From the sequence record PQ850604.1: a stretch of 44,876 bases of DNA. The stretch is one strand, 5' to 3'. The stretch comes from Escherichia phage Haito_Bas83. The position numbers and the translations under genes were made by a program. Below are positions 43,408 through 44,876 of the stretch, one piece after another. Below the pieces are notes generated by a model. The model was not told where the DNA came from. It ran no database searches and worked only from the letters and a program-made list of their open reading frames with translations. How positions within the stretch are numbered: position 1 is the stretch's first letter; each line of letters starts with the position of its first letter.

Positions 43408-44550
43408 ATGCACCCTCAAACTAAAATTACCGACGAGCAATTGATCGCTGAATTGCAATCTGGCACTACCTCGAAAGATATTGCGAAGAAATACGGCATT
43501 GCCCTACGCAATGTCTATATGCGCAAAGCCCGCCTGTCGAAGAAAGGCATTGGTCACGGTAACGATGCCGTAATCCGTAAGCGCGTTGCCGATGGCTTCG
43601 GCGTTAAGCGCGTATCCGCCCTGGTGCGTGGCAATGGCGAAGAGGTCATGTCCTGGGTCATCACCGAGCAAGACAAGGAGCGCCAGCTTGAAGCAATGCG
43701 CGCCGTTGTCGAGGGCATGAATAGCGAAATCACACCGGCAGCACCAGTGAGCGCTCCGCCAGTCCCGATCCAGGCGCTTGACCTGCTTAACCTGTATACC
43801 GTGTCGGACTTCCACCTGGGAATGTTGGCGTGGGGCGAGGAGACTGGCGAGGACTGGGATATGGCAATCGCTGAAGACCTGTTCTACCGCTGGTTTGTCG
43901 AAGCCTTCGCCCGCGCACCGGACGCTGGCACTGCCGTAATCAATATTCTCGGTGATATGGCGCATTTTGACAGCCTCGACGCCGTCACGCCAGCCAGCGG
44001 TCACGTACTGGACGCAGATACCCGCTACCAGAAACTGGTCCGCTACATGATTCGCATGGTGCGCAACGTGGTTGAACTGGCGCTGCAAAAACACCATAAG
44101 GTCAAACTGTTAATCGTCCAGGGTAATCATGATGAGTCCGGTATGATTTGGCTGGCTGAGATGTTCAATACCCTGTACGAGAACGAGCCACGCGTTGATG
44201 TGGACACGTCCCCGGACGTTTACAAAATGGTGCAGCACGGTAAAACAACGCTGTTCTTCCACCACGGACACAAAGCACGCTTTGACGCCATCGAACCGGT
44301 CATGATTTCTAAATTCAGACAGGCTTTCGGGTCCAGTGAGTACAGCTACGCGCACGTGGGCCACTTGCACCACCAGAAGATTGTTGAATCCCGCAACATG
44401 ATTGTTGAACAGCACCGGACCCTTGCCGCGAAAGACGCATATGCGAGCCGCGGCGGTTGGATGTCTGGTCGCAGTGCTAACGTCATCACCTATAGCGCCA
44501 ACTACGGCGAAGTAGCGCGCTTAACCATTAGCCCGGAAATGTTGAAATGA
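43408..44550 (+). CDS. calcineurin-like metallophosphoesterase with N-terminal HTH domain
   Basis: Phosphoesterase motifs in order: SDFHLG, ILGDMAHFD, VQGNHDE, FFHHGH, AHVGHLHH; N-terminal TSKDIAKKYGIALRNVYMRKARL is HTH-like. Confidence 0.6.
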   Translation: MHPQTKITDEQLIAELQSGTTSKDIAKKYGIALRNVYMRKARLSKKGIGHGNDAVIRKRVADGFGVKRVSALVRGNGEEVMSWVITEQDKERQLEAMRAVVEGMNSEITPAAPVSAPPVPIQALDLLNLYTVSDFHLGMLAWGEETGEDWDMAIAEDLFYRWFVEAFARAPDAGTAVINILGDMAHFDSLDAVTPASGHVLDADTRYQKLVRYMIRMVRNVVELALQKHHKVKLLIVQGNHDESGMIWLAEMFNTLYENEPRVDVDTSPDVYKMVQHGKTTLFFHHGHKARFDAIEPVMISKFRQAFGSSEYSYAHVGHLHHQKIVESRNMIVEQHRTLAAKDAYASRGGWMSGRSANVITYSANYGEVARLTISPEMLK

Positions 44551-44759
44551 TTAGACAAGTATTCATGAGCACGCAGGCCACCCGCCTGAAAGAGCTACGC
44601 AAGCAACTCGAAGGATTGCGCCGATTCGAACGAACGGCAGCGGCAATAGGCATGTCTATCAGTGAGCGGATCGAGATACTATCGCAAATACGCTACACAG
44701 AAGGCGCTATAAGCGAAGTAGAAAGCATGTTGACCAGATACTACGGTCGCGCCGTTTAA
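44547..44759 (+). CDS. hypothetical protein
   Basis: 70 aa, helical; ATG overlaps the upstream stop; followed by a terminator. Confidence 0.4.
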   Translation: MIRQVFMSTQATRLKELRKQLEGLRRFERTAAAIGMSISERIEILSQIRYTEGAISEVESMLTRYYGRAV

Positions 44760-44766
44760 CCCTCCC

Positions 44767-44792
44767 AGCCCGCCGATTTGGTGGGCTTTTTT
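44767..44792 (+). terminator. rho-independent terminator
   Basis: AGCCCGCC-GATTT-GGTGGGCT (one G-U pair) plus TTTTTT. Confidence 0.55.
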
Positions 44793-44801
44793 GTGCCTGT
44801 T

Positions 44802-44810
44802 ATAATCCCC
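44802..44810 (+). promoter_or_regulatory. extended -10 element (TGTTATAAT)
   Basis: TGnTATAAT match just after the terminator at the window end; could drive the terminase genes if the genome continues into position 1. Confidence 0.3.
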
Positions 44811-44876
44811 CTTAGATGGCTGGGCCGTCTCCTATGTTGCCGATGGTCGGCGCATATGCATAAAAGGGCTTATATC

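Overview
The window reads as a near-complete tailed dsDNA phage genome of the siphovirus type, linearised at the terminase genes; no integrase or repressor is visible, so it looks virulent. The layout is modular. (1) 1-24070, plus strand: late genes for packaging, head, a lambda-like tail (V/G-GT/TMP/M/L/K/I/J) and a side tail fiber. (2) 24095-36650, minus strand: early genes for DNA modification, replication and recombination. (3) 36651-36917: a divergent control region. (4) 36918-44760, plus strand: primase-helicase, small ORFs of unknown function, the lysis cassette and an HTH-metallophosphoesterase. The late module is interrupted by two minus-strand inserts: a two-gene moron at 5004-6187, and a putative receptor-binding protein with a lipoprotein at 21022-22211. 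The most unusual non-coding feature is a ~160-bp element (GCGGGACA iteron array plus a conserved long hairpin) present in two copies 27.7 kb apart. A 9-10-nt motif ATTGGTTGCA recurs in most intergenic regions. Organisation loosely resembles HK578-like (Dhillonvirus) coliphages, but that is a low-confidence inference. All calls rest on reading the sequence and on recalled motifs; no database search was run.
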